Part shown: positions 55,887 through 64,000 of the stretch, piece after piece
How positions within the stretch are numbered: position 1 is the stretch's first letter
How the letters are laid out: each line of letters begins with the position of its first letter
NCBI GenBank assembly: GCA_026413945.1
Contig: JAOAJX010000002.1
Coordinates: forward strand, 85,536-149,535
Direction of reading: 5' to 3'
DNA from: Candidatus Iainarchaeum sp.
GTDB lineage: Archaea; Iainarchaeota; Iainarchaeia; Iainarchaeales; DTGL01
DNA: 64,000 nucleotides
Made by a program: the position numbers and the translations under genes
Notes under the pieces: model-generated
The model's input: only the letters and a program-made list of their open reading frames with translations
Told to the model about the DNA's origin: nothing
The model's database searches: none

Positions 55887-56882
55887 ATGGCTGGCTCTTC
55901 TAATCACAGAACTTCGAGAATCAAAAATCCAGTGAAACCAGTCGCTGTTTTTGGCGCCGCACCTTGGATCACGAAGGCACAATTAAAAAGAGATGTTGCT
56001 GATAGGCGCAAATACGACATAAGAAGGCAGCCAAACAATTTCTTCCTTAGGCGTTTTTCAAAAGAGCGGCTACAAATAATTAAAGATCTAATAAAAAATG
56101 GTTTTGAACCGGTTTTGATGGTTAGCAACATTGACCTTGTTGACAAAAGGGTTTGGAGGTTCTGTAAGATTGCAAAGGTTGTAGGCGCAAGAGTTTTGAT
56201 CTCTAAGAAAGAGACACCATATACCGGCTCGTGGTTGAGAGATGCATTTTCTGTAATAAAAGGTTACAGGTTTGTTTTTCCCTTTGATGAGCGCCTTTTG
56301 GGAAGAAGAATAGGAAATAAATTTTATTCTTATTTAGGAGATGGTGGCAGTGTCGTAAATATAGAAGATAAATTTATCCTTGTTTCAAAAAAAACAGCTT
56401 TATCCGCAATAAATGAAATCAATTTCCTCAAGAGAAGAGGCATGATTGTCTTTGAAATGCCACCTGGCCTCGTCACTGATTTTTTTAGGAGCCAAAAGGC
56501 CAAAAAGTTTAAGAGGCATCATCACATAGATTTGTTTGTAAACCGCATACCAGGTATGAAAATATTGGTTGTTGATCCTATTTACTATGCTGCTAACAAG
56601 AGGCTTGTTGATGAGATAGCAAAAGTCACAGGTTATAAGATTTTACAAATACCAGAAAAAGATAGGGATTATTATCCAGCAAATTTCCTTGATCTTGGCA
56701 AGGGCAAAATAATGATGAACCGGGCTGCAAGAGAAACAGCAAAGTTACTTGAAAGAGAAGGTGTTGAAGTAGTATTAACAAGTGTTCCGCTAAAAGGCAG
56801 CTCTGCTATTTACGGTGGCCTCAGATGCGCAGTTAATCTGCCAAAGAAGAGCACTCAAAGAATAATGGAAAGCAAGCAATAA
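55887..56882 (+). CDS. Amidinotransferase/deiminase (pentein) superfamily protein, very basic
   Basis: WLRD, DGG, HIDLF, ANFL, C-terminal GGLRC carrying the nucleophile Cys. Confidence 0.78.
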   Translation: MAGSSNHRTSRIKNPVKPVAVFGAAPWITKAQLKRDVADRRKYDIRRQPNNFFLRRFSKERLQIIKDLIKNGFEPVLMVSNIDLVDKRVWRFCKIAKVVGARVLISKKETPYTGSWLRDAFSVIKGYRFVFPFDERLLGRRIGNKFYSYLGDGGSVVNIEDKFILVSKKTALSAINEINFLKRRGMIVFEMPPGLVTDFFRSQKAKKFKRHHHIDLFVNRIPGMKILVVDPIYYAANKRLVDEIAKVTGYKILQIPEKDRDYYPANFLDLGKGKIMMNRAARETAKLLEREGVEVVLTSVPLKGSSAIYGGLRCAVNLPKKSTQRIMESKQ

Positions 56883-56921
56883 GAAAAGTTTAGCTTAAGA
56901 TTTAATTACTTTATAATCTCA

Positions 56922-57065
56922 TTATTTCTTAACTAATTTTCTGTGCAAACGCCTAAAAATAGTTGTTTTTCTGGCAGCAGCTTCAGTGTTATTGGTAAAA
57001 ACTTTGCCTGGGTCAAAATCTTTTTTTGGGGGTTTTGGTTTTCTTTTACTTCTCCAGAATGGCAT
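56922..57065 (-). CDS. Small basic ORF, 47 aa; not in the ORF track
   Basis: MPFWRSKRKPKPPKKDFDPGKVFTNNTEAAARKTTIFRRLHRKLVKK; TATA-like TTTAATTA about 22 nt upstream. Confidence 0.5.
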   Translation of the reverse strand: MPFWRSKRKPKPPKKDFDPGKVFTNNTEAAARKTTIFRRLHRKLVKK

Positions 57066-57099
57066 AAAAAACACTTTCAATAAAGATAATTAAATTTAT

Positions 57100-57705
57100 A
57101 TGCTTTATTTTTTTATGCCTGTCTACAAGCTTTTGCAAACACCTGATTGGCCAGCACTGATGATTGATGGAATATTGATGCATCGCATAAAAGGCACAAG
57201 CCCGAAAAAAGATGCTGAAGATAAAATTGCTTTGCTTAAAATCCGTGGTGGAAATGTTTTGGATATATGCACAGGCCTTGGCTACACGGCTATAATAGCA
57301 TCACATTATGCTGACTACGTTGTGACAATTGAGAAAGACAAAGAAGTTATTAGAATTGCGAGGAAAAACCCAGCATCTGAGGAATTATTTAATTCAAAGA
57401 AGATATCGCTTATCGAAGGTGATGCCACTAAAGTCATTAAAAAATTCCAAAATGAATTCTTTGATTACATAATACATGATCCACCAACATTTGCTCGTGC
57501 TGGAGAGCTTTATAGCGGATCTTTCTATAAAGAGCTTTTTAGGGTTCTCAGATATAAAGGAGTGCTTTTTCATTATACTGGTTTGCCATGTGAGAGATAC
57601 AGGAAAAAGAGCTTAAGAAAAGGCATTATTGAGCGTCTTCGTGCAGCTGGCTTCAGGATAAAAAATTTTAGAGAAAATCTTGGCCTTCTTTGTGAAAAGC
57701 TCTAA
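57100..57705 (+). CDS. Class I SAM-dependent methyltransferase
   Basis: DGILMHR, VLDICTGLGYTAI, TIEKD, IHDPP, GELYS. Confidence 0.9.
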   Translation: MLYFFMPVYKLLQTPDWPALMIDGILMHRIKGTSPKKDAEDKIALLKIRGGNVLDICTGLGYTAIIASHYADYVVTIEKDKEVIRIARKNPASEELFNSKKISLIEGDATKVIKKFQNEFFDYIIHDPPTFARAGELYSGSFYKELFRVLRYKGVLFHYTGLPCERYRKKSLRKGIIERLRAAGFRIKNFRENLGLLCEKL

Positions 57706-57792
57706 CTTAGGCAAAATGGCACATTTTAAAAACTAATGTAGGCAGAATTTATTATCTCGTTGTCGAAAAATACTGCTTATGAAGGTGATATT

Positions 57793-58266
57793 TTGGCAAA
57801 AAAAGTTGTGAAAAAAGCTACAAAAAAAGATGCTGAAAAAATCGTTGAAAAAAAGATTGAGCAACAGCCGAAAGAAAAGGCTTCACAAACTAAAGAAGCA
57901 GTACAAGAAGTTGCAGAAAAATTGCCTTTTCCAAACTCAGTAGTTGTGAGAATAATGCGCCAAAACCTTGACCCCGGAAAGCAGATAAAGAAAAGGGTTA
58001 AGGTTGAGATGAACAAATGGCTTGCAGATATGGCTGCAAAAATTTCACAGGAAATGAACAAGCAGCCATATAGGACAATTGACTATGCAATGTTCAAGGA
58101 TGCTGTAGCTAAATATACAAAGCTTGAGGAAATTGCTGATGAGCGTGAACGTCTTCTTGGCTATGTAAACAAAATAAAGTCAGACTGCGAATACATGGAG
58201 AAAGAAATAAGGAGAAAGTTTGCGCTTAGCGAAGAAGAAATGGAATCTTTAATAAAACAGGAATAA
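57793..58266 (+). CDS. Histone-fold protein of coiled-coil (NF-YB-like) type with Lys-rich N-terminal tail
   Basis: LPFPNSVVVRIMRQNL (alpha1), KRVKVEMNKWLADMAAKISQEMNK (alpha2), PYRTID, alpha3, long C-terminal helix; TTG 57793 after GGTGA. Confidence 0.85.
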   Translation: MAKKVVKKATKKDAEKIVEKKIEQQPKEKASQTKEAVQEVAEKLPFPNSVVVRIMRQNLDPGKQIKKRVKVEMNKWLADMAAKISQEMNKQPYRTIDYAMFKDAVAKYTKLEEIADERERLLGYVNKIKSDCEYMEKEIRRKFALSEEEMESLIKQE

Positions 58267-58273
58267 GCAACTT

Positions 58274-58861
58274 TTAAGCCCCATCATTGAAAAGTATTTT
58301 TCTAATTGTCAATGTTATTGGTGACTTTCCGCCTATGAAAAGCCAGGCAAAAAGCTTTGAAAAATTGTGAGGCTTTCTTTTTTGAGAGGCCTTTTCAAAG
58401 TCAATTATAAAAGGCATTCCATCCATTACCAGTATGTTTTTGCCTTTGCCTCCTAACTGCCCATGATCCAAACCGGCTTTGTCAAGCAATGCTGCCTGAT
58501 AGAAGAGCTCCTCAATAAATGAAAGCAGTTCAGATTTTCTTGGTTCGCTTGCAAGCCAATCTGCAAAAGTAACCCCATCAACGTATTCCATAAGAATAGC
58601 GCGAAGTCTTTTATCGTAGCAAAATAATTTTGGGCCAATGCCGAGAGTATTTGCCTTTTTGAGGTTTGAGACTTCTTTGAGCAGCATATCTTTTCTGCCT
58701 GAGTCATCACGCTCAAGCTTAAGTGCAAATTTTTTGCCTTTTTTTCTTACAAGAAAAACAAATGAGGAATGGCCTCTTGCAAGCATTTTTTCGAGCTTAA
58801 GGCAGTTTCGCTCTAAAAATTCTTCAAGGCGCCTTTTCTCATTTTTGTTTGGCTGAATCAT
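58274..58861 (-). CDS. Archaeal Ser/Thr protein kinase (RIO/Bud32-like)
   Basis: LARGHSSFVF, ALK, MEYVDG, DHGQL, KNIL, IIDFE. Confidence 0.88.
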   Translation of the reverse strand: MIQPNKNEKRRLEEFLERNCLKLEKMLARGHSSFVFLVRKKGKKFALKLERDDSGRKDMLLKEVSNLKKANTLGIGPKLFCYDKRLRAILMEYVDGVTFADWLASEPRKSELLSFIEELFYQAALLDKAGLDHGQLGGKGKNILVMDGMPFIIDFEKASQKRKPHNFSKLFAWLFIGGKSPITLTIRKILFNDGA

Positions 58862-59453
58862 CTAAGGCACCAAGCTTCACAAGCATTTTATAGACTTCTG
58901 CAAGTGGCAGACCTGAGTAGAAAAGCGTATCGCCAACAACGCGCTCACCGAACATTATCACTGCATTTCCATCAAAAGCACCGGAAAAGCTTAGAACAGG
59001 GTAATTTTTTAAGTAATTCCTGATCTGCCAATCGCTTAGCTTCATAAATTTTACCTTGCAGGATCTGAGCACACGGATTTTATTTCCAAAATCTGAATCA
59101 ATGGCTGTTACGCCAGCCAAAATCTCAACCTCTTTGCCTGAAAATTTTTTTAGCATAGCTTCAGCTTCGATCATATCTTTTGGCTTTTCATATATTTTGC
59201 CTTTAAGTGTTACAATCAAATCGGCACCAATCACAATTGCGCCTTTGACTTTTTCCGCAACAGCTTTTGCCTTCATCTCAGAAAGCTTAAGAACACGTCT
59301 CCTTGGGTTGTTTTCATTAATAGCATTTTCATCCACATTTGAGATGATTGCTTCAAACTCAATCCCTAATAAAGCAAAAGAAGCTCTCCTTGAAGATGAT
59401 GCTGTCGCAAGAATAACCTTTTTTTTGGGCTTTACAGCATATTTAGAAAGCAT
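58839..59453 (-). CDS. Maf-like nucleoside triphosphate pyrophosphatase
   Basis: ILATASSSRR, DE, KAKAV, IGAD, IYEKP, GLPL. Confidence 0.9.
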   Translation of the reverse strand: MLSKYAVKPKKKVILATASSSRRASFALLGIEFEAIISNVDENAINENNPRRRVLKLSEMKAKAVAEKVKGAIVIGADLIVTLKGKIYEKPKDMIEAEAMLKKFSGKEVEILAGVTAIDSDFGNKIRVLRSCKVKFMKLSDWQIRNYLKNYPVLSFSGAFDGNAVIMFGERVVGDTLFYSGLPLAEVYKMLVKLGALDDSAKQK

Positions 59454-59579
59454 AATAGCAAAACACCGGGTTAGATTTTAAAATCTTTCTTACTTCTTTC
59501 TTTTTATAGTAATCTAAATTATGTATTAAACGCCAATTTGTTTGCTTCTACATCTAAACATATTTTTGGAGGTGAAAAT

Positions 59580-61220
59580 ATGGTGCAAGACGCAAATCAA
59601 AGGCCTGTTATTTTTCTTTCTGAAGGTGCAAAAAGAACAAGAGGCAAAGACGCCCAGACAATAAATATCCTAGTCGCAAAAGCGGTTGCAGAAGCAGTAA
59701 AAACCACTCTTGGTCCAAAAGGGATGGACAAGATGATTGTAAATGAGCTTGGAGACGTAACCATAAGCAACGACGGCGCAACCATACTCGATGAAATGGA
59801 TGTCGAGCACCCTGTTGGAAAGATGCTTGTTGAAGTTGCAAAGACACAAGATGAAGAGGTCGGCGATGGCACCACAACGGCTGTCGTCCTTGCAGGATCT
59901 TTGCTTGAAAATGCAGAGAAGCTCTTAGCTGATGGAATACACCCAAGCATAATAGTAAAGGGCTATAGGTTGGCCGCAAAGAAAGCATGTGAAATAGCTG
60001 AGGCAACAGCTGACACAATATCAATAGATGACAAAAACACGCTTAAGAGCATTGCATCAACTTCAATGACTGGAAAATGCGGCACTGAGTCAGTTGAAGG
60101 CCTAGCAACGATGATTGTAAATGCAGTTATGCAGGTTGCTGAGAAAAGGGATAACAAATATGTTATTGACAAGGAAATGATAAAAGTTGAAAAGAAGGAG
60201 GGCGGCAACCTTAGTGAAAGCGAACTTATAAATGGCATTGTTGTTGATAAAGAAATAGTTCACAGTGATATGCCAAAGTACATTGAGAATGCAAAGATAG
60301 CCCTTATAGACTCTGCGCTTGAAATAAAGGAAACTGAAACAGATGCAGAGATTAGCATCTCAGATCCGGAGCAATTGCAGGCATTTATAGAGAAAGAAGA
60401 GGGTATGCTCAAAGATATGGTGGAAAGCATAAAGAAGGTTGGTGCAAATTGTGTCTTTTGCCAGAAAGGCATCGATGACCTTGCACAGCATTTCTTGGCA
60501 AAAGCAGGCATCGTTGCTGTGAGGCGCATAACAAAATCAGATATGGAAAAGCTTGCTAAAGCTACGGGTGCAAAGATTGTAACAAGGATAAAGGACATTA
60601 GCAAGGAAGACTTGGGATATGCGAAAGTTGTGGAGGAGAAAAAGTTCGGCGGCGAATCAATGGTTTTCGTAAGGGATTGTAAGAATCCTAAATCAGTGAC
60701 AATACTTATAAGAGGCGGCACTGAGCATGTTGCCGCTGAAGCAGAAAGAGCAGTTAATGATGCAATTGGCACAGTGAGCGCAGCAGTAAAGAGTGGCAAA
60801 ATTGTAAGCGGCGGTGGAAGCATAGAGATGGAGTTATCAATGCAATTGCGCAACTATGCAACCACAATCGGCGGCAGAGAGCAGCTTGCTATTGAAGCAT
60901 TTGCAGATGCTTTAGAAGTGATACCAAAAGCACTTGCTGAAACCGCTGGCATGGATCCAATTGATACATTAGTTGAGCTCAGGGCAAAACACAGGGAAAA
61001 AAGCGGCAAATACTTTGGCATTGACGTATACAAAGCAAAGATTGTGGAAATGAATAAGCTAAAGGTAATAGAGCCATTAGCAGTGAAAACTCAAGCGATA
61101 ACTTCTGCTTCAGAGGTTGCGGAGATGATATTGCGCATCGATGACATAATTGCCGGCTCATCGAAAAGCAAATCAAAAGGCCCGAGCGAAAGCCCTGAAG
61201 GCAGCGGCGAGTTTGACTAA
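59580..61220 (+). CDS. Thermosome (group II chaperonin) subunit
   Basis: [38 protein letters not shown]; ATG 59580 after GGAGGTGA. Confidence 0.98.
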   Translation: MVQDANQRPVIFLSEGAKRTRGKDAQTINILVAKAVAEAVKTTLGPKGMDKMIVNELGDVTISNDGATILDEMDVEHPVGKMLVEVAKTQDEEVGDGTTTAVVLAGSLLENAEKLLADGIHPSIIVKGYRLAAKKACEIAEATADTISIDDKNTLKSIASTSMTGKCGTESVEGLATMIVNAVMQVAEKRDNKYVIDKEMIKVEKKEGGNLSESELINGIVVDKEIVHSDMPKYIENAKIALIDSALEIKETETDAEISISDPEQLQAFIEKEEGMLKDMVESIKKVGANCVFCQKGIDDLAQHFLAKAGIVAVRRITKSDMEKLAKATGAKIVTRIKDISKEDLGYAKVVEEKKFGGESMVFVRDCKNPKSVTILIRGGTEHVAAEAERAVNDAIGTVSAAVKSGKIVSGGGSIEMELSMQLRNYATTIGGREQLAIEAFADALEVIPKALAETAGMDPIDTLVELRAKHREKSGKYFGIDVYKAKIVEMNKLKVIEPLAVKTQAITSASEVAEMILRIDDIIAGSSKSKSKGPSESPEGSGEFD

Positions 61221-61225
61221 ATTTT

Positions 61226-61262
61226 TGTAGGGGCTCAAAAGCCCTTTTACACTATTTTTTTA
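61226..61262 (+). terminator. Hairpin plus T-tract after the thermosome gene
   Basis: GGGCT-caaa-AGCCC stem followed by T-rich tracts. Confidence 0.55.
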
Positions 61263-61286
61263 TACTTATTCTTCTTTTTTCATTGT

Positions 61287-61814
61287 ATGCTAATTATAGC
61301 AGTCGTTGGCCTGGCAAGAAGTGGAAAAGACACCTTCGCAAACTATCTTGAAAGGAGATATGGTTTCAAGAGGTTTGATTTCTATTCTGATGTCATAGTG
61401 CCTATGATGAGAGAGCAGAAGATAAAGCCAACAAAGGCCAATGCGGCAAAGTTTGGCAATAGCATGCGCCAAAAATTTGGAATGGGTGTTTTCGGTCAAA
61501 AGATGGCGCAGATAATAAGGGGCAATGACAAAGTTGTTGTCACCGGAGCGAGATCGCTTGAAGAGCTCTCCGAACTTGAAAAAGCTTCGGAAAAATTCTT
61601 TATAATCAAGATTGAAGCTTCAAAGGAATTAAGGTTCTCGAGGCGCAGTGATCTTGATCCAAAAAACGAAAACGACTTCTTTGCTAGAGATACTGATGAT
61701 CTTATTAACAAAGGGCTTGACAAAGTTTTGAGGGCCTCTGAGCTTGTAATTAAAAACAATTCAACGATAGCTGATTTTGAAAAGGCAATTGATGATATTA
61801 TGAAAAGGATTTAA
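61287..61814 (+). CDS. P-loop nucleotide kinase (UPF0200/dephospho-CoA kinase-like)
   Basis: VVGLARSGKDT, GARSLEE, LRFSR, IKNN. Confidence 0.82.
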   Translation: MLIIAVVGLARSGKDTFANYLERRYGFKRFDFYSDVIVPMMREQKIKPTKANAAKFGNSMRQKFGMGVFGQKMAQIIRGNDKVVVTGARSLEELSELEKASEKFFIIKIEASKELRFSRRSDLDPKNENDFFARDTDDLINKGLDKVLRASELVIKNNSTIADFEKAIDDIMKRI

Positions 61815-61835
61815 ACCTTTTCAACAAGAGTTATT

Positions 61836-62549
61836 TTGAACGCTATGCTATATATTGCGACAGGAAGTGCGGATTTTTTCCGGGACACTGTAACAAAAAT
61901 TTTTGATGAAATCTATCGCGCATTGCCTGGTCTGCTCGGTTTCATAATATTGTCCTTCGTTGGCTATATAATAGGCTTAATACTGAAAAAGTTATTATTA
62001 AGAGCCACAGCTCATATGCGCATAGAAGAATGGCTAGAAGAGCAAAGTCTTTTGCAAGTAGTTACTGCAAAAACATTAACATCAATTCTTGGTAATATAT
62101 TGCACTGGTCAATAATACTTCTTTTTATGGCTCAAGGCGCTGAGCTTATGCGCTATGAGGTTTTAAGGAACGCTTTGCATTGGATAATCTATTTCATTTT
62201 ACTAGTCCTGCTTGCGATTGTTATCTTACTGTCAGGGCTTGTAATAGGCAGATACATAAAAAACACTATTGAAAATTCTGTAGAGAAAATAGGGAAAATC
62301 ATTGGTCTAATTGCAGAGGCTTTTGTTGTCTTTATATCAGCCATAATGGCACTCGAAGTTATTCCTGGAGTAAACACTGCTGTGCTACACTACGCTTTCA
62401 TAATAGTTTTTGGAAGCATAGCAATTGCCATAGCAATTGCCATTGGGATTGGATTTGGGCTTGCACTTAAGGACGAGGCAAAGGAGATAATAGAAGAATT
62501 AAAAAAACCAAATAATATAAAGAGAAAAAAAAGTGCTAAGGGCGAGTAA
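61836..62549 (+). CDS. TM-helix repeat membrane protein (MscS N-terminal/CmpX-like)
   Basis: LPGLLG..IL..VG, AIAIAIGIGFGLALKD pattern. Confidence 0.8.
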   Translation: MNAMLYIATGSADFFRDTVTKIFDEIYRALPGLLGFIILSFVGYIIGLILKKLLLRATAHMRIEEWLEEQSLLQVVTAKTLTSILGNILHWSIILLFMAQGAELMRYEVLRNALHWIIYFILLVLLAIVILLSGLVIGRYIKNTIENSVEKIGKIIGLIAEAFVVFISAIMALEVIPGVNTAVLHYAFIIVFGSIAIAIAIAIGIGFGLALKDEAKEIIEELKKPNNIKRKKSAKGE

Positions 62550-62551
62550 AA

Positions 62552-62746
62552 ATGGAAGAATGGAAAAAGTGGATGTACGTTGAGTGGTGTTTTCTTGGCT
62601 GCGGCGCATTCACAATGATAGTGAATGCCATCGTGATTTTGAGTGGCTCTGATTTGAATACAAATCTGCTTATCTGCATGTTCTCTTCTTTTATCCTTGC
62701 TGGGATATTTGGAATAAAGTCGAAGTTATATAAAAGTGGAAAGTAA
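62552..62746 (+). CDS. Small two-TM membrane protein
   Basis: Starts 2 nt after the previous stop; two hydrophobic segments. Confidence 0.5.
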   Translation: MEEWKKWMYVEWCFLGCGAFTMIVNAIVILSGSDLNTNLLICMFSSFILAGIFGIKSKLYKSGK

Positions 62747-62754
62747 AATAAGTA

Positions 62755-62847
62755 TGGGCGTGGCAGGACTCGAACCTGCGACCGATGGTGCACTTAAGGT
62801 TTTTTGCCTTTATAAGACCATTGCTCTGCCAACTGAGCTACACGCCC
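62755..62847 (-). tRNA. tRNA-Ile(UAU) with a 20-nt intron at position 37/38
   Basis: GGGCGTG/CACGCCC acceptor stem; ATGGT-CTTATA|AAGGCAAAAAACCTTAAGTG|C-ACCAT; canonical BHB (CTTA/TAAG central helix, AGG/CCT helix, two 3-nt bulges); intron at 62791-62810. Confidence 0.93.
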
Positions 62848-62868
62848 TCAGAAAGCATAAGTAACCAA

Positions 62869-63042
62869 CTACTTTAACACAATATAATTCATTATCAAAG
62901 TTACTATAAGTATAGCAACTATTATTATGATAAGCAACTCTGGTCTTATCTGTGGTGCTTTTGTGTCTGCATCAAAAAAGCGCATTATGCCAAGGGCACC
63001 ACTAGGTGCATACGCCTTCTTGCCTTTACCAAGTTTTACCAT
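62869..63042 (-). CDS. secG: Preprotein translocase subunit Sec61beta/SecG
   Basis: PSGALGIMRFFDAD..QIRPE followed by a single TM helix. Confidence 0.88.
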   Translation of the reverse strand: MVKLGKGKKAYAPSGALGIMRFFDADTKAPQIRPELLIIIIVAILIVTLIMNYIVLK

Positions 63043-63105
63043 ATAAAACACGCCTCTATGATCTAAACAATATAATTTTATAAAGAGAAGAACTTATTTA
63101 AAAGT

Positions 63106-64000
63106 ATGGTTAGCGTTTCTGGGAACACTGATATTACAAAACTTGCATCAAGAATATTAATCTTTTTAATTCTTGTTTTCGTGCTCCTTTATGTATTGAC
63201 ATGGACAAATACATTAAAATGCAAATCTTTACCTGGCTGGTGTAGTGTCTATTACGCAATCAGAGGCAAACCAAAGGTGCTAATTGCTGTTGGTGACTAT
63301 GGCTTAGGAGATCCTGAATTGCTGAGAAGACTAATGTCTAACCCAAGGTCGCTTGGTGTAAGACCAGATATAAGGGACATAGATATGCTAAAACCGGGAA
63401 ACCTAAAAGAGTATGACCTTGTGATTGTTGAAAGAGCAAGGAAAATGAGTTCTGAAAAAGTAAGGATGTTTGTAGAATATGCTAACCAAGGTGGAAATCT
63501 CATATGGACGGGTGATTCTGGCGCAGAAGCTTTTGATAACAATGAGTTTCTTTACAGAGACGAGCTCGGTGATTCAAAACAGCCGCACACGATAATAAAC
63601 CCATGGGCTAGAAAACATGAAGATACAGCAATACTTTTGAATGAGCTTCTTTCGCTTGAGTATGTGTGCAACTATAAGGATATCAGGGGAGACGTTAGCC
63701 ACGAGACGCTTATAGGTAATCTTGTGCCACTAAACCTAGAAAACCCTTTTGTATATGGCATTTCTCCATCTTTAGCTTTCTACATAACACCGGAGACTGA
63801 TTTTGCCGTTGTTAGGACAATTGAAAAAGGCACTAGCACTGCAGTAATGGTTCTCGACGTTGGTTCAAATATAACATATGGTGGAAAAAAATATGGTAAG
63901 ACGCTGCCCTTCATTGTTACAAATGCAAAAGGAAATGTTATTGGGCTAAAGATTGGTGAAAATGTTGCCTATTATGCTATGCCACCTGAGTATTTTATGC
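63106..64000 (+). CDS. Membrane-anchored protein with a GATase-like/DUF4350-like domain (runs off the window)
   Basis: N-terminal TM helix, CKSLPGWC, YDLVIV...FVEYANQGGNLIWTGD; frame open to the window end. Confidence 0.75.
   Translation, partial: MVSVSGNTDITKLASRILIFLILVFVLLYVLTWTNTLKCKSLPGWCSVYYAIRGKPKVLIAVGDYGLGDPELLRRLMSNPRSLGVRPDIRDIDMLKPGNLKEYDLVIVERARKMSSEKVRMFVEYANQGGNLIWTGDSGAEAFDNNEFLYRDELGDSKQPHTIINPWARKHEDTAILLNELLSLEYVCNYKDIRGDVSHETLIGNLVPLNLENPFVYGISPSLAFYITPETDFAVVRTIEKGTSTAVMVLDVGSNITYGGKKYGKTLPFIVTNAKGNVIGLKIGENVAYYAMPPEYFM

Noticed and set aside
1-64000. CRISPR arrays, transposases, integrases, rRNA, genetic-code reassignment
   Set aside because: No periodic short repeats or mobility motifs were seen. 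Conserved genes end at TAA, TAG and TGA at their expected lengths, so the standard code applies. No att-like duplication of either tRNA 3' end was noticed.

Overview
A gene-dense, AT-rich archaeal chromosome segment. Archaeal markers include TFB, L35Ae, GatE, thermosome, an ftsZ-secE-spt5-L11-L1-P0-L12 cluster and tRNAs without encoded CCA. Gene content and style suggest a DPANN lineage such as Iainarchaeota/Diapherotrites, which is inference. Most genes are housekeeping, sugar/glycosylation or salvage genes, interspersed with orphans. I found no CRISPR array, rRNA or intact mobile element. The most striking signal is an unusual chromatin toolkit. It comprises (1) a condensin-type SMC (983 aa) with no hinge domain and a Rad50-like CPIC zinc hook at its midpoint, (2) a coiled-coil-type histone-fold protein with a Lys-rich N-terminal tail, flanked by a methyltransferase and a protein kinase, and (3) a 57-aa short histone missed by the ORF track. 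Other highlights: an intron-containing tRNA-Ile with the rare UAU anticodon; a splicing endonuclease that appears to start at ATA and lack the catalytic Lys; a 329-bp perfect repeat shared by tandem GT2 genes; a membrane gene split by an 8-bp tandem duplication; a probable ArcE arginine synthetase; and a scattered set of very basic, mostly leaderless orphan or enzyme genes that could be exported effectors, with a DUF87/HerA-like ATPase next to a class III pilin-like gene. All family assignments come from motif recognition by eye; no database search was run.
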